Below, one piece after another: positions 25,429 through 38,262 of a stretch of 40,863 bases of DNA. The stretch's first letter is position 1. Each line of letters opens with the position of its first letter. The stretch lies in NCBI GenBank assembly GCA_013239625.1, contig MU053376.1, forward strand, positions 2,815,695 through 2,856,557, in the 5' to 3' direction. The stretch is from Lama guanicoe (taxonomy: Eukaryota). The notes under the pieces are model-generated. The model was not told the origin of the DNA, did not search any database, and worked only from the letters and a program-made list of their open reading frames with translations. A program made the position numbers and the translations under genes.

Positions 25429-26089
25429 TCTCTTGGGGAGTGTGGAAATGTTAGCTTATCTTGATTGTGGTAGTAGTTTCATTGGTGTATACATCTATCA
25501 AAAGTTATCAAATTGTACATCTGAAAAAAAAAAATTGGTCAGTTCAAATGAGCTCAAGTCATGAGACTGATCTCTCTTTCCCCCTCATTAGAAATGTGAA
25601 GTTCATTGTAAAACTGTGTGTGTGTTTCTACTTCAATATAAGACACTCAAAATATATTCACAGCTTCAATGTTTTCACAAATATATACATATTTACAAAG
25701 ACTTGTCAAAGAATATTCTTTCTATTATTACTTATTAAAAATTAGAAACAACTTAAATACCCTTAAGTAAGGGAACAACAGAGTTGTATGATAGCCATAA
25801 GATGAGATAATACGTTTCATCAAAACATATTTCAAAGAATGAACAATATCAGGCACTGATCATGATATAAAATTTCATGCAAAAAACATAACTGAAATCT
25901 GTGTATGAAGTGGTACAATTTTAATAAATAAATGTATAAAAGTGACCGCAAACACAGGACACTTACAGCATTGGCTGTAAGTAATTCTCTTGAATCATGA
26001 GCTTACAATTAATTTCATCCTCCTGATTCTCCTAAGTTTTACATTTTACAAAATTATATTTTTAATTATAGAAATAAAATTCCAGGCTT

Positions 26090-26950
26090 GTAGGATTTAT
26101 GTTCTAGTAGAGGAATCTGAAAAGAAACAAGTATAAAAAATCCCAAACTATATTTACATCTATGCATTTATCTATATATTTCAACATATCTATATCTTTT
26201 TATCTGGTTATTTCTCTATCATTTTAAATGATAAATAAGGAAGGAAAATAAAGAAGACTTAAGTGATGGAGCATGAGGTGGTGACGAGGGGGTCAGTGTA
26301 GGCTGGACAGTGAAGACATCCATGTTGTGGTAACATTTTAAATAAAGCTTAATAAAATAAGGAAGTAAAAAATAAGAATTAGGATAAGAGCATTTCAAGC
26401 AGAAGGGATAGAAGTAAAAGGCTCTAAGTTAGAAGCTAGTTTAGCAAGTTTAAAAAAGAAAAAAAAAGAAGATTATTGTTTTGCAGAGCTAAGAGGTGAG
26501 TAACAAGGACCTGATATTAGAGAAATAGGTATAAACAAGATTATGAGGGTCTTCTAGGCTATGCTAACAAATTAGGGTTTAATTCTGAACATCATAGTAA
26601 ACAAATCATGGGGTTTTAATACATAGCATTGTCATATAAATTGTATGTTATACAGATTCTTGGTTGTTGTATCAAGAACAAACTATAAAATGGGGGATTT
26701 CAAAGACAAGAATACAAATAACATTGAAGAAACCCAGAATGGAAGAGATGGTGGCTGGAGCTAAGGAAGCAGTAGTGGAAGCTGCAAATATATTTGGAAT
26801 ATATTTGAATATACATTTTACACGGGCTATGAGTGAGTAATAGGGGAAGGAGTTAACAATAACCTGTATACATTTTGTCTAAGCATCTCGGTTAATGATC
26901 TATTTACTGCAATGGGAAAGACTGAGAAGGACAGATTGGGGTAGGCTGGG
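26090..26950 (-). mobile_element. L2 fragment
   Basis: gagcatttcaagcagaaggga...gaagagatggtggctggagctaagg...tttactgcaatgggaaagactg. Confidence 0.6.
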
Positions 26951-26989
26951 AAAACAGATCAGTAAAGGGGTTTGTGTTGACCAAATCTA

Positions 26990-28175
26990 GGGCAATTTGA
27001 TCATTCAAAGAAAAGCAACAAGAGTACAATATAATCCATTGAATAAAAATAGGAATTCATGAGCCCACACTGATACAAGTGAACACATTAACAAATGAAA
27101 TAATATGGGAAAAGGGAACCTCTCCATTCTGTAGAATAACAGTTAGGAATATAGAATACAGAAGGAAAGATAGAGGTAGAAACTCTTCTAGGGTTGTGAA
27201 AATTAGTAGGTGAAAGTCTGATTAGAAAGGTGTTTAAGTAGTCTCAAAGTATCTTTACACAAATCACTAATACCAGAGGCAAAATCACTACTCTGGAGAA
27301 ATCAGAGGGACCCCACCTTAAAATCATCCAAGTGACATCTAGCATGCTGTGCCCTGATATGATCCTTGGAAAAGGACATAGCTCGTTTCTGTGATATTCC
27401 ACCTCATATGCATAGCTCAAACTTACTCATGAGGTGCACAATGCACCCATATTGTGAGATCTTTTATAAAGTAGTTGACCCTTCAAATTATCAAATTTAA
27501 GAAAGAAAAATAAATGCTGAGATTAAAGAAGACTAAGAAGATTTGACTAATAAATCTTACATGTGTTTTTGTACCAAGGAGCAGGTGTAGAGAACATAAC
27601 AGAGAAAATTTTAAGACTGTGATTTAGATAATATTATTGTCAGTGATGTTAAATTTTGTGATTTTGCTAATTATACATTGGTAATGTAAGAGAATATTCT
27701 TTTCTTAAAAGTAAAAAAGAACCTTTCAGTTATAAAATAAATGTCATGGGATGTAATATACAGCATAGCAAATATAGTCAATAATATTGCAGTAACTTTG
27801 TATGGTGACAGATGGTAACTAGACTTAATCATGATGATCATTTTGTAATACATAAAAATGTCAAATCACAAGGTTGTACAACTGAAACTAATATATCATT
27901 ATAGGTCAATTATACCTCAATTAAAAAAACTAAATGGAAATATTTAATGGTAAAGGATCATGATATCACAGTTTTACTCTCAAAATATTTCAAAAATAAA
28001 TGTGTGTATACATTCACACACACATACTCACAGAGACACATATGCAGACAGAAAGAAAATGATAAAACAAATGAGGCAAAGGGAAAATTGGAAAAAAGGG
28101 TGTAATAAAGTTCCCTGCATTATTCTGGAAAGTTTTCTCTAAGTGTGAAATAATATACAAATAAAATGTTACACA
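26990..28175 (+). mobile_element. Old L1MC-type 3' region containing a nested L1MA-type 3' end
   Basis: aataaaaataggaattcatgagcccacactgatac...gttaaattttgtgattttg...gttccctgcattattctggaaagttttctctaagtgtgaaat. Confidence 0.6.
27727..27930 (+). mobile_element. L1MA-type 3' end
   Basis: cagttataaaataaatgtcatgggatgtaatatacagcatag...ctgaaactaatatatc...caattatacctcaattaaaaaaa; similar to 33525-33700. Confidence 0.8.
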
Positions 28176-29044
28176 CACAGTAAAGCTACTGGTACTTTAT
28201 TGGGTTGAAGTACATACATCAAAGCTCACAAAAAACTGGTCATTCTGAAACTGAAGATCAGAAAATTATATAGGTTGATTTTTCTCTTTTTAAGAGGAGC
28301 AGATACTGCTTTCATGAGTGTGACTGACATGTCTTGGAAATGAATTTCTTTTCCTCCAGAGGACAATTGCACTCGCCCTGCCTCACCTCCGTTAATCTGC
28401 TTCAACCTTGGCTTTAGTTGCTACTGAAAATGAGAAGCTGGTTTTGCCTTTGGGGCCTATTTCATCCTTAGATCCTCCACATAGGCTGACAACCAGAAGA
28501 GCAAGTGAATGTGTTTTGTGATCTGTACGCCTGTCTGTTGGGAACAGAGTTGAAACTCCAACCATGCGAACATGCCTCCCAGAAACAGGCCTGTGAAGGT
28601 AATGACTCTACTGCAGTACTCATGTAGTTTAAGACGGAACCTGAGTGCCAATGCTTGGAAGAGATTTATCACATTTTAACTGCCTTGGTTGTGGTTTAAC
28701 TCAACATGCATTCCTTGAGCACCTGTTCTCCCCCTAGCTCTTGGCCAAGTACAGTGGACAGTAACATGGAAAGGACATGTGGTACCTGATTTCAACTGCT
28801 TAGGTGTGGCCTGGGATGAACAGAAGGCATGACTTAAACAGTACTTAAATTAATAAACTTGGATCTATGTGCTCCAAATGTATAGCTAAGATTTCTATTT
28901 CTAAATGGTTATCTAAACCATATATTTTAACTTCTGCCCTCTTGTTTCCCCATTCAAATGATCAAGAAATAAAAATTGAAATAAAGAAAAATACAGTATT
29001 GGAGCTAGAAAGCAGAGATGAATACCGCCATCATATGTGAAGGC

Positions 29045-29225
29045 AGAGAAATAACAATTGCTATGCTATCACTTGTTGAGCAGTTTTTATGCATCAGACA
29101 GTATGTTGCATGCTTCACATGCATTATTTTTCTGAATCCTTTAAGAGGTAGTATTATGAAATTTATCTGAAAAACATGAGACTTAAGGAGGTTGAATAAC
29201 TCACCCAAAGTCATACAAGTGAGTT
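29045..29225 (-). mobile_element. MIR SINE
   Basis: tgcttcacatgcattatttt...gaggtagtattat...gagacttaaggaggttgaataactcacccaaagtcatac. Confidence 0.65.
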
Positions 29226-30770
29226 CTCTCTCAAGTCACTGGGTATGTAACAATTTATCATCATGGAACGGAGCGAGGATTATAATTTGCATATTTGTAT
29301 ATTCAGAGGAAGCATATGATAAGCATCTACGTCTGAGCAAGTATTCAAAAGCTCTTCTACTAAATGAACAATACAATTCTAAGACTTTTTAAAAGAAATA
29401 CATTAATTAGCAGTGGTTTTTTTTTCTTAAAAGAGGCATAAAATAATGATGGGTCTCATGATTGATGGTAACTCAGGTTCAATAAAATTCAAAAAGAAGT
29501 GTTAAATCTTAAGAGTTTCACAGCCATGAGGGAAATGGTAGGGAAGTAGCCAAGGTGTGACGCCTACAAATGTCCAGAATCCAGGTGATTTCACAATGTC
29601 TATACTTTTGAATTACAAATGCTCTAAAAATAATACATATTTTTCATGTGCTTCAAACTTTTCATAGCTCAGAAAAAGTAGGGAATATTCTATTTTGAAG
29701 CAATACACAGATAGTAAATAAGGCAGACAAAGTGAGAGCAAATTCTGCTGAGAAACAAATTTAACAAGAAGCCTGCAAGATACGAGAATCCTACACAAAA
29801 TATCGTCAAATAAAGTAATCACAGTAGATAATATACCGTGACCAAGGAGATTTTAATGCCAGTTAGCAAAAGAGAACTTTATTGATTTATTTTATTTATT
29901 TTAATATGCCTAAGGGAAAAAAAAATATATATATATATATTCTCTTTCAAGGGGTTCCAAAACCATTTGATATAATTTATATATAATCCCAATAAAAATC
30001 CAAGAATTATACATTATCTGACCAAGCCATTATATTCAATACATAAATATTTGTCTATACCATTAAAATAAGAACAAGAAAATATCTGCCTGAAATACTT
30101 TTGTATAATATTTTGAAAGTACACTCAATGGAATTATATTGTAAAAGAACATATGTAGGGAAGAGTTGATGGAAAATGTTTCTTTATATGATGTGATACC
30201 TGAAAATCTGAAGAAAATAAAACACCTTCATTTGAACAAATAAAGGTGTAAGTTGTTTTCTTTATGAAGTAAATGTGACATCTTTGTATAACAATTTGTT
30301 GAAAAATATCCCAAAACCCAATAGTAACAGCAAATATAACCTCTTGATGGGAGTTTGGCCCTATTTGATTTTTAAATGTATACAAACTTTTCACAAGAAC
30401 TGGAGAGCTGAAAATACCAAACCATTCTTTTTCCACTTTTCTCTATCTCTGATTTTTCCAACCCTTTCCACCAGGTAACGCTAAGTTTTTCTGTTGTATG
30501 GCTAATAATAGTGATATTGATCTGTCTTTTGTGATGTCTTGGGTTACAAGGACAGTGATTTTAGTTTGAAAATGATATTGTTTAGGAAATTGGTACATAA
30601 CTTGTTGGAATAGCCACAATTGGTCCTGTCTTCTAGATTTTGTGGGTGTTTGTAATCAATTTTGTTAATTCATTGAAACATTAGAATTACAGGACACACG
30701 AGGGAAATGTTTTTAGAGTAATACAATTATAAGCTTTTTGGTGAGACTGCATGGTTCAGACATTAAGAAC

Positions 30771-31369
30771 TTTGGTAGGCAGGATAACCCCCTAAGATGT
30801 TTGTACCCTAATCACTGAACCTTGTAAATATGCTTAGTTACATGGCAAAAGAGGTTTTATGGATGTAATTAAGGGTGAGTCTACATTAAGCACATGAACC
30901 TCTGAAAGCAAAGAGCTTTCTCCAGCTGTAGGTAGGAGAAATAAGGCAGAAGTGGAGGTTGGAAGAATGCAAAGTATGGAAAGGCTTTTATTCACCATTG
31001 GTGGCTTTGAAGATGGAGCTCCTGAGCCAGATAAGGTAAGAGTACAGGAAGGGGGAGGAGCCCCAGGAAGCTGAGAATGATCACCGGCTGACAGCTATCA
31101 GTAAAATAGACCCTCAGTCCTATCACCACATGGAAATGAATCCTGACAATAACCTAAAGGAACCTGGAAGTGAGTTCTTCCTTAGAGCCTCCAATAAGCA
31201 GCCGAGGCCAGCCAACACCTTGATTTCAGCCTCATGAGCCTCTAACCAGAGTACCTAGGTGAGGACCGCAGACTTCTGACCTATGGAACTGGGGAGGTAA
31301 TACATTCGCATTGTTTTAGGCCACTAAGTTTGTGATAATTTATTATAACTGCAATAGGAAGCCAATTCA
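30771..31369 (+). mobile_element. MLT1 (D/E-type) solo LTR
   Basis: tggtaggcaggataaccccctaagatg...acatggcaaaagagg...ccactaagtttgtgataatttattataactgcaataggaagccaattca. Confidence 0.85.
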
Positions 31370-32254
31370 AGGACAAAACAGTAATTACATAGAATTTAGA
31401 TGAAATCAGAATGATGACGGACATATTAAGGAATAATAATAAGAGTAGAAGAAAACAAACTTATACAAAGTCTATTATTGAAAGGAATCACAGGACAGGA
31501 ATATTATTAAAAAACAAAATATCATTATATATAAAGCCTTAAACAGAGTAAAAATGGATAGTTTATATTTATTAAACTTTAATCTACAAATAATATTAAA
31601 ATCAGGAATCTTTAAGGATCTAACAAAATAGTTTTGAGATATGAAGTAGAAAAAGCAAAATACCTGAACTTATAAAAGGAATTGAAAAAACTATGAAACA
31701 AAATAAGAAATTTACAAAGTAGATTGGAAGTAAAGATATTGCACAAATTTACATAAACAAGTAGAATGTATACATTGTTTTTAACAAAGATAGAACTTAT
31801 ATAATGTTCTGAGGTAGACCATAAGGGGAATCTCAACAAATACCAAATTTTGATATGATCATGTTTTTTTCAGTTGTTCAACACAACAGAATAAATCTTA
31901 AAAATCAAATGCCTTAGAATAAAAATTAAAAAGTGAAAATAAGATTATTTGGAACAATCAAAATAATAACTAAATTCCTGTTTTATTCACTCAAAGTCAT
32001 ATTCAAAGAGACAGTTACAATTTTGGTACATTCATTAAAAAAAAGAATCCATGTGTGAGAGAAGAAAAATAAAAAATACATGCACTTATTAATCAATTCA
32101 GAAAAGAACAATAAAATAAAAGGATGGAAAAAGGAAAATCAATAAAGATAAAAGCATAAAGTGCTGAAATAAAAAAGAAACAGTTCCCCAAATAGCAGTT
32201 GATGAATAAAAACAAGGCCCACCACCAAACAACAAACACCCAATTAAAACAGAA

Positions 32255-33716
32255 AGTCCTAACAGACAGAATAAAGAGCCCAGAAGTGAACCCACACTTA
32301 CGTGATCAATCAATCTACAACAAAAGAGACCAAAATATACAATAAGGAAAAAGTAACCTCTTTAATAAATGGTGTTGGGAAAACTGGACAGATACTTGCA
32401 AAAGAATCAAAATGGACCACTTGCTCACATCATATACAAAAATAAACTCAAAATGGATTAAAAACTTAAATGTAAGACCTGAAACCATAAAACACCTAGA
32501 AAAAAAAAACAGGTAGTATATTCTTCAACATCAGTCTTAGCAATATTTTTCTGGCTATGTCTCCAAAGACAAGGGAAACAAAATCAAACAAAAGAGACTA
32601 CATTAAACTAAAAAGATTTGCATAGCAAAGGAAACAAGACCAAAAGGCAGCCTATTGAATGAGAGACAATATTTGCAAACAATATACCTGATAGGGGTTA
32701 ATATCCAAAATATATAAAGAACTCATACATATCCACATCAAAAAAAAATCCCCCCAAAAAAAGACAAACAAAAGAACAAGCAACTTGATTAAAAAAATAG
32801 ACAGAGGACCTGAATAAACATTTTCCAGTGAAGACATACAGATGGTCAACATGCACATGAAAATATACTCAAATCACTAATCATCAGTGCAAATCAAAAC
32901 TACACTGAGATATCACCTCACACCTGGATGAATGGCATATTGTGAAAAAAAGACAATAAATAACAAATGTTGGCAAGGATGTGGAGAAAAGGAACGCTTG
33001 TGCACTATTGGTGGGAATGTAAATTGGTGCTACTATGGAAAACAATATAGAGATTCTTCAAAATATAAAATACCGTATGACCCAGCAATTCTACTTCTAA
33101 GCATTTTCCCAAAGGGGGGAAAAACCCCACTAATTTGGAAAGATAGATGAACCTCTATGTTCACTGAAACTTTATTGACAATATCTAAGACATGAGAGCA
33201 ACCTAAGTGTTCATCAATACATGAATGGTTAAAGAAGTGGTATGTATATGTACAATGGAGAATTACTCAGCCATAAAAATGAACAGAACCTTGCCATTTG
33301 TGACAACATGGATAGACCCAGAGGGTATTAGGCTAAGTGAAATAAATCTGATAGAGAAAAACAAATGCCATGTAATTTCACTTATATGTGGAATCCAAAT
33401 AACAAAAGAAATTAACAAGCATAAAACAGAAACAGACTTACAGGCACAGGGAGCTAACTGCTGGTTGCCAGAGGGGAGGGGGATGATGAGTGAAACAGAT
33501 GAGATTAATAGGTACAAACTCCCAGTTGTAAAATAAATAAGTCACAGGAATGTAATTGTAACATAGGAAATATAGTTAATAATATTGTAGTAATTTTGTA
33601 TGGTGATTGTTTTGTAATGTATAAAAATATTGAATCATTATGTTGTACACCTGAAACTAATATAATATTGTAAGTCAATTGTAATTCAATAAAAATAAAT
33701 AAAATTAAAAAAAAAT
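32255..33716 (+). mobile_element. L1MA-type element: degenerate 3' part of ORF2, 3' UTR and A-rich tail
   Basis: aataaatggtgttgggaaaactgg...aaactcaaaatggattaaaaacttaaatgtaagacctgaaacc...ttgccatttgtgacaacatggatagacc...caataaaaataaataaaattaaaaaaaaa. Confidence 0.9.
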
Positions 33717-35848
33717 CCGTGGTTCTTTTAATGACAAATGGCAATAAAGCTGGGTATTATTTGAAATGAGAAATAAAAATATATGGTAGTTCATCATTTC
33801 ATTGCAATTTTGTCTATTTGGTAGTTCTTATCAAGAATCACTTTGGTTGCTTTTTCAAAATATACAGGATCATTTTTTTTTTCCTGAGAATATCAATCCC
33901 AGGTTGGGGTTTGGGGGCAGATGTATGTATAATGATCATTGTGATACACACTACCATATATCATAGGGACAAGGAATATCTATCAGCAATCATATAAATA
34001 TTCTAAAGCATCTCAGGGTGTCCTGTGAGCAATTCTGGAAACAAAATAAAGCAAAGCAAAACATTACAATGATGCATCTTAGTTGCTATTCTCACCAGCT
34101 CCAGTTAGGAAAATAGAGCCAATTATATAGTCAGTCATTGCTTAGACCTTCATGAGTCTTTATCTGATACTTATCTTGGCCTCTTTGAGAGGCCCCAAAG
34201 AGAGTCCAAATAACCACAGGCCTAACTGGTCAGTTACCTGGGAGTAAATGAAAGGATGGAACACTAACATGTAGTTTAGGCTCACCAAAAGTTCTAGAGA
34301 GCCCCCACCAAGACAGAGAAGCTCTAATATATCTGGTGAGTATTCTGTTACACATTCAGTCATTTATTCAGCACATTTTCATTATGTTCCTGAGATGCAT
34401 CAGATGTTAAATTGCAATTGAATATGTAAATGAAAGCAGAAGAATCTTGGTCCCTACTCCTAAGGATCTTTGTCAACAAAACAGGGAACAGGGAATGTAC
34501 CGTTTCAGGTTTTGATGAATGCTTTGAGATGAATAGGCTACAGGAAAGGATGATTAAATAGGAACATCTTTAGTGTGCTCTGATTCCATGATGGCACAAT
34601 GGATGCAGATGGAAGGAGGCTGATGCTGGGATACTTCTCCACCAGGAAGGTTTTCTCTGTAAAGCTTCCCACTTCCTTGAAGACAGTGTAGCAGCCAAGT
34701 GTCTGACTCAATCTACTTTGAGTAACTAGTAATGAGTAATTACTGTGAATAATTAGGTCAAGAAGGATTCAGGGTGGGGCTCAGTGGAAAATTATCAGTC
34801 AATCAGTCTGCTCCTTTCCAGGTCCTAAGCAGAAGAGAGCCCTCCTTGCTCATACCTGCTTTCACTTCAAACTGACTTGGTAGGAGATTCCAAACTGACT
34901 TGGTTTGAGACACCAGCTAGAAATAAAGCATGATGCTTGCCTTCGTATGTTTGGGCTTTATTCATCTCAAGTTCCTTTGGTGGCTCTGAGCATCCATGGA
35001 AAATTCAGAAAACTGAGATCTTTTTCACATAAGTTTTAGAGAACTTATTATCAATTAGTAAGTAAGAGATAATTAGCAGCAAGCACTATATTAGATGACA
35101 GAGTGTAACTCTTCAAGAGGTTAGTGGACTTTATATACATGTCAGGTAACATGGAGAAGATGGGGCATTTAATGAATCTTTGAGGATTAGTGAGTTAAAG
35201 AGGCGAGTTAATGAACCAAATGAATTAGTTTGCATAGAGAAAAAATGGTTGCCAGCTCAAGAGTGTCTTTATTCAAAAAAAAGAAACCAAATGAAGAGCT
35301 GGGGGCAATTTAGTGAAAACTTTCTCTCCCGTAGAAAGAAGTTCAAAGAGCATGTCTTATTGACAATATATCAGTGATATCATTTTCCTATATGAAATAT
35401 GGCCCATTGAATTTTTCTTACTTCTTCTTTTTTTTTGGCCCATTGATTTTTTTAGGTTGAAATGAGCTCATTTTTCCCTTATGGGGAGAGTATCTTCCTG
35501 GAACAAAAAAGAAAAATGATTCATCTTTACCGAGTAATAAAAGTTTCCAGCAGTTTTGCATCTGTCAGACCTTGTCAGTTTATTCTAAAACTTGGACTAT
35601 AGGAACTTACAGGTAAGTAAACAATTGCTTCTTTAGAAGCAACTATGATTGTTACATTCCTACTGTGATTTACTCATCCTTACAAAAAATGTACTCCACT
35701 TTTTCATATGCAGTCGCGTCATCAAAATGCAAGGTCAGTTCTTTGAAGTGACAATCCCAAGGCACTAGATAAATGGTCAGGTGGCAAAGTGCAGATAATA
35801 GATGACATTGGGAGTGAGGGTCTTGAGACTCTCAAGGAAACAATTATG

Positions 35849-36572
35849 AATGCTTCATATCATGGCAGTAAGTCACTGCCCTAAATCTTGGTCTGCAGGC
35901 ACGTGTTGTTTTCCCAGTGATGCAGGGAGAAAGTGGAGGGACTGAGAAGCTGTGTCCATGCCTACCCATAACCCATCCTAACAGGAGCACAAATAATTCA
36001 AGAGAAGTTTTCTTTTTAAATGCCACCTTTCTTCACTCTCCTAAATATACCAAAATAGATCTAGGGTAGAAGTTTGAATTGTATCATGACTTAGAGGTTT
36101 AGTATCTTATAAAATTACTGATTTTTTTTTTATGTTTAGCCATGCATGATGCAGTTGTGAAAGAAGGTCTAAGGAAAGAATCTGAAGTTATAGGCTCAAC
36201 AAAAATGCTTCATATCATGGCAGTAAGTCACTGCCCTAAATCTTGGTCTGCAGGCACGTGTTGTTTTCCCAGTGATGCAGGGAGAAAGTGGAGGGACTGA
36301 GAAGCTGTGTCCATGCCTACCCATAACCCATCCTAACGGGAGCATGAATAATTCAAGAGAAGTTTTCTTTTTAAATGTCCCCTTTCTTCACCCTCCTAAA
36401 TATACCAAAATAGAGCTAGGGTAGATGTTTGAATTGTATCATGACTTAGAGTTTTAGTATCTTATAAAATTACCCATCTTATAATTACTGATTTTTTTTT
36501 TATGTTTAGCCATGCATGATGCAGTTGTGAAAGAAGGTCTAAGGAAAGAATCTGAAGTTATAGGCTCAACAA
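35849..36572. repeat. Tandem direct duplication of ~355 bp (two copies)
   Basis: Copy 1 35849-36202 and copy 2 36204-36572, both aatgcttcatatcatggcag...ggctcaacaa; 9 substitutions and one 15-nt indel by manual comparison. Confidence 0.97.
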
Positions 36573-37199
36573 TCAAAATTATGTGTATCTGTTTTTTTTC
36601 CCCTCAGTTTCTGCCTGTCTGTCTCTGTCCCTCTCTCTCTCTTCACACACACACAATAAAAATTGTTAATCTTATTTTTCTATTATGCTAATTTTGTAGG
36701 TCACTAATTATGTCTTTGGAAAAATTATTTGATTCTTCTAAAGTTTGGTTTATTCAATGTAAAACGCATATAATATCATCTGGTCTGCCTACATTAGCAT
36801 ACCACTGTTTGGGCTGGAACTGGTATTCATGAAACTTGTTCTGTCTACCCAACAGTTTTGTGAAGACTATGGCAGAATGCCTGGACACGGGGAAGCCTCG
36901 AAATTGTGGAGGGAGGGGCAGGGCAAGGATGAGTGTGGAGAGATGGCAGTGGCAACAGCATCTGTTGGGATCTAGGACACTGTTTCCCTTCTGTTTCATA
37001 ATCTCTATTCATCTTGAATACCTTTAACATTGGTTACTTATACAGCAGATTTGCAAACTAAAACATACTATACAAATATTAGTAAGGGTTGGGGAGGTGG
37101 GGAAAAGAATGCGAAAAAGAGCAAAGACAACTTGAGAACTTTCTGGTTCTTGGGAATTATCTCAAGCAATGTGTGTGTGTAACAATATAACCCTCAAGA

Positions 37200-37380
37200 A
37201 ATCTCAAAACACCAAGCCCTATTAAACACTGTCATCCCCATTGAATAGGAGAGGAATATGGAGATGCAGAGATATTAAATAACTTGCTCAAGATCACAAA
37301 ATCCATAAGCTTTAGGGTTTAAATTTGACCTCAAGTCTTTCTTTAACTGACATCAGATTTCATGTGTCAACCACTTTATG
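37200..37380 (-). mobile_element. MIR SINE
   Basis: gtcatccccatt...gagatgcagagatattaaataacttgctcaagatcaca. Confidence 0.6.
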
Positions 37381-38081
37381 GACCCTAACAGATATCTAGA
37401 TGTTACTAGAACTATGGTTTCCTCCTTAAAACTCCTTAGTAAAAATTAAAATTCTAGAAAACAAGATGGCTTTTCTACGTCATGTATAATTAAGAGAAGG
37501 GAAACCTCTATTTTCAGGGAAGCCCCTAAAATTCAGATGGAAAAATCTTGATGAAGTGGTAACTGGATGTTAAACCCATCAGCATGGAAAGTAACAGGGA
37601 ATTCTTCCCTTGCTTGTCTGCTCTTCTGGTCTTTTCCCTTCCTGGAGTCAATCTCTGGCAGAGGGAGAAAGTTCCTCTCTGATATAAGTTTGTTCTAAAT
37701 TCCTGCCTCTCTGTCTCTTGCAAAAGGTGGTATATTTTCAGAGTGTAAATCCTGGATTTTGATTTACACTTGATTCCTCTAAACCACACATCACCATTTC
37801 TGAAAATGGATGTTTAATGAGAACTATGCAATTCTTTGCTGGATTCCTACTCAACTGCTCCTTGACCATCGGTCCCAGAGTTCACAGAATGCACACAATT
37901 TTATTATAGATTCGCTGAAACACAAGGTGAAATGCAAACCAAACCCTGCATGAAATGAATGTGAAGACCAATTGGAAAGCCTGAACAACAAAAACAATAA
38001 CAAAATGGTAGTGTAAGAATCTCCTCTAGCATGAAGTGTTGACATTGTATCGTTTTAAAACAACCGGACGTTTATAGTACA

Positions 38082-38262
38082 ATAGTAATAATAACTAACA
38101 TTTATTGAGTGCTTACTGCATACCAAGCACTATTCTAAGAGTTTTGTTTATCTTTCTTATTTAACCTATGAGTTAACTTCTAGTGATAATTTTTTTTTAT
38201 TTGAAAGTTGGAGTAAGTGAACACAGACAGGATGTGCAGCTTGCCCAGAGTCACACAGACAG
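38082..38262 (-). mobile_element. MIR SINE
   Basis: aataataactaacatttattgagtgcttactgcataccaagcactattctaag...cttgcccagagtcacacag. Confidence 0.75.

Noticed and set aside
28345..28430. Strong acceptor ttcttttctccag followed by phase-1 DNCTRPASPP..., resembling a CCP start or a terminal exon
   Set aside because: Stop after ~22 codons, no CCP consensus residues and no transcript evidence
32098..33744. Short ORFs with ORF2-like or hydrophobic translations
   Set aside because: Frameshifted L1 remnants, not host genes
34868..34904. 14-bp direct repeat caaactgacttggt with a 9-nt spacer
   Set aside because: Only two units; a micro-duplication, not an array
35180..35377. ORF containing LVCIEKKWLPAQECL, resembling the C-x-W-x5-C end of a CCP module
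   Set aside because: No upstream Cys or GY/GF motif, no phase-1 GT donor after the last Cys and no similarity to CR1 CCP3+; likely chance
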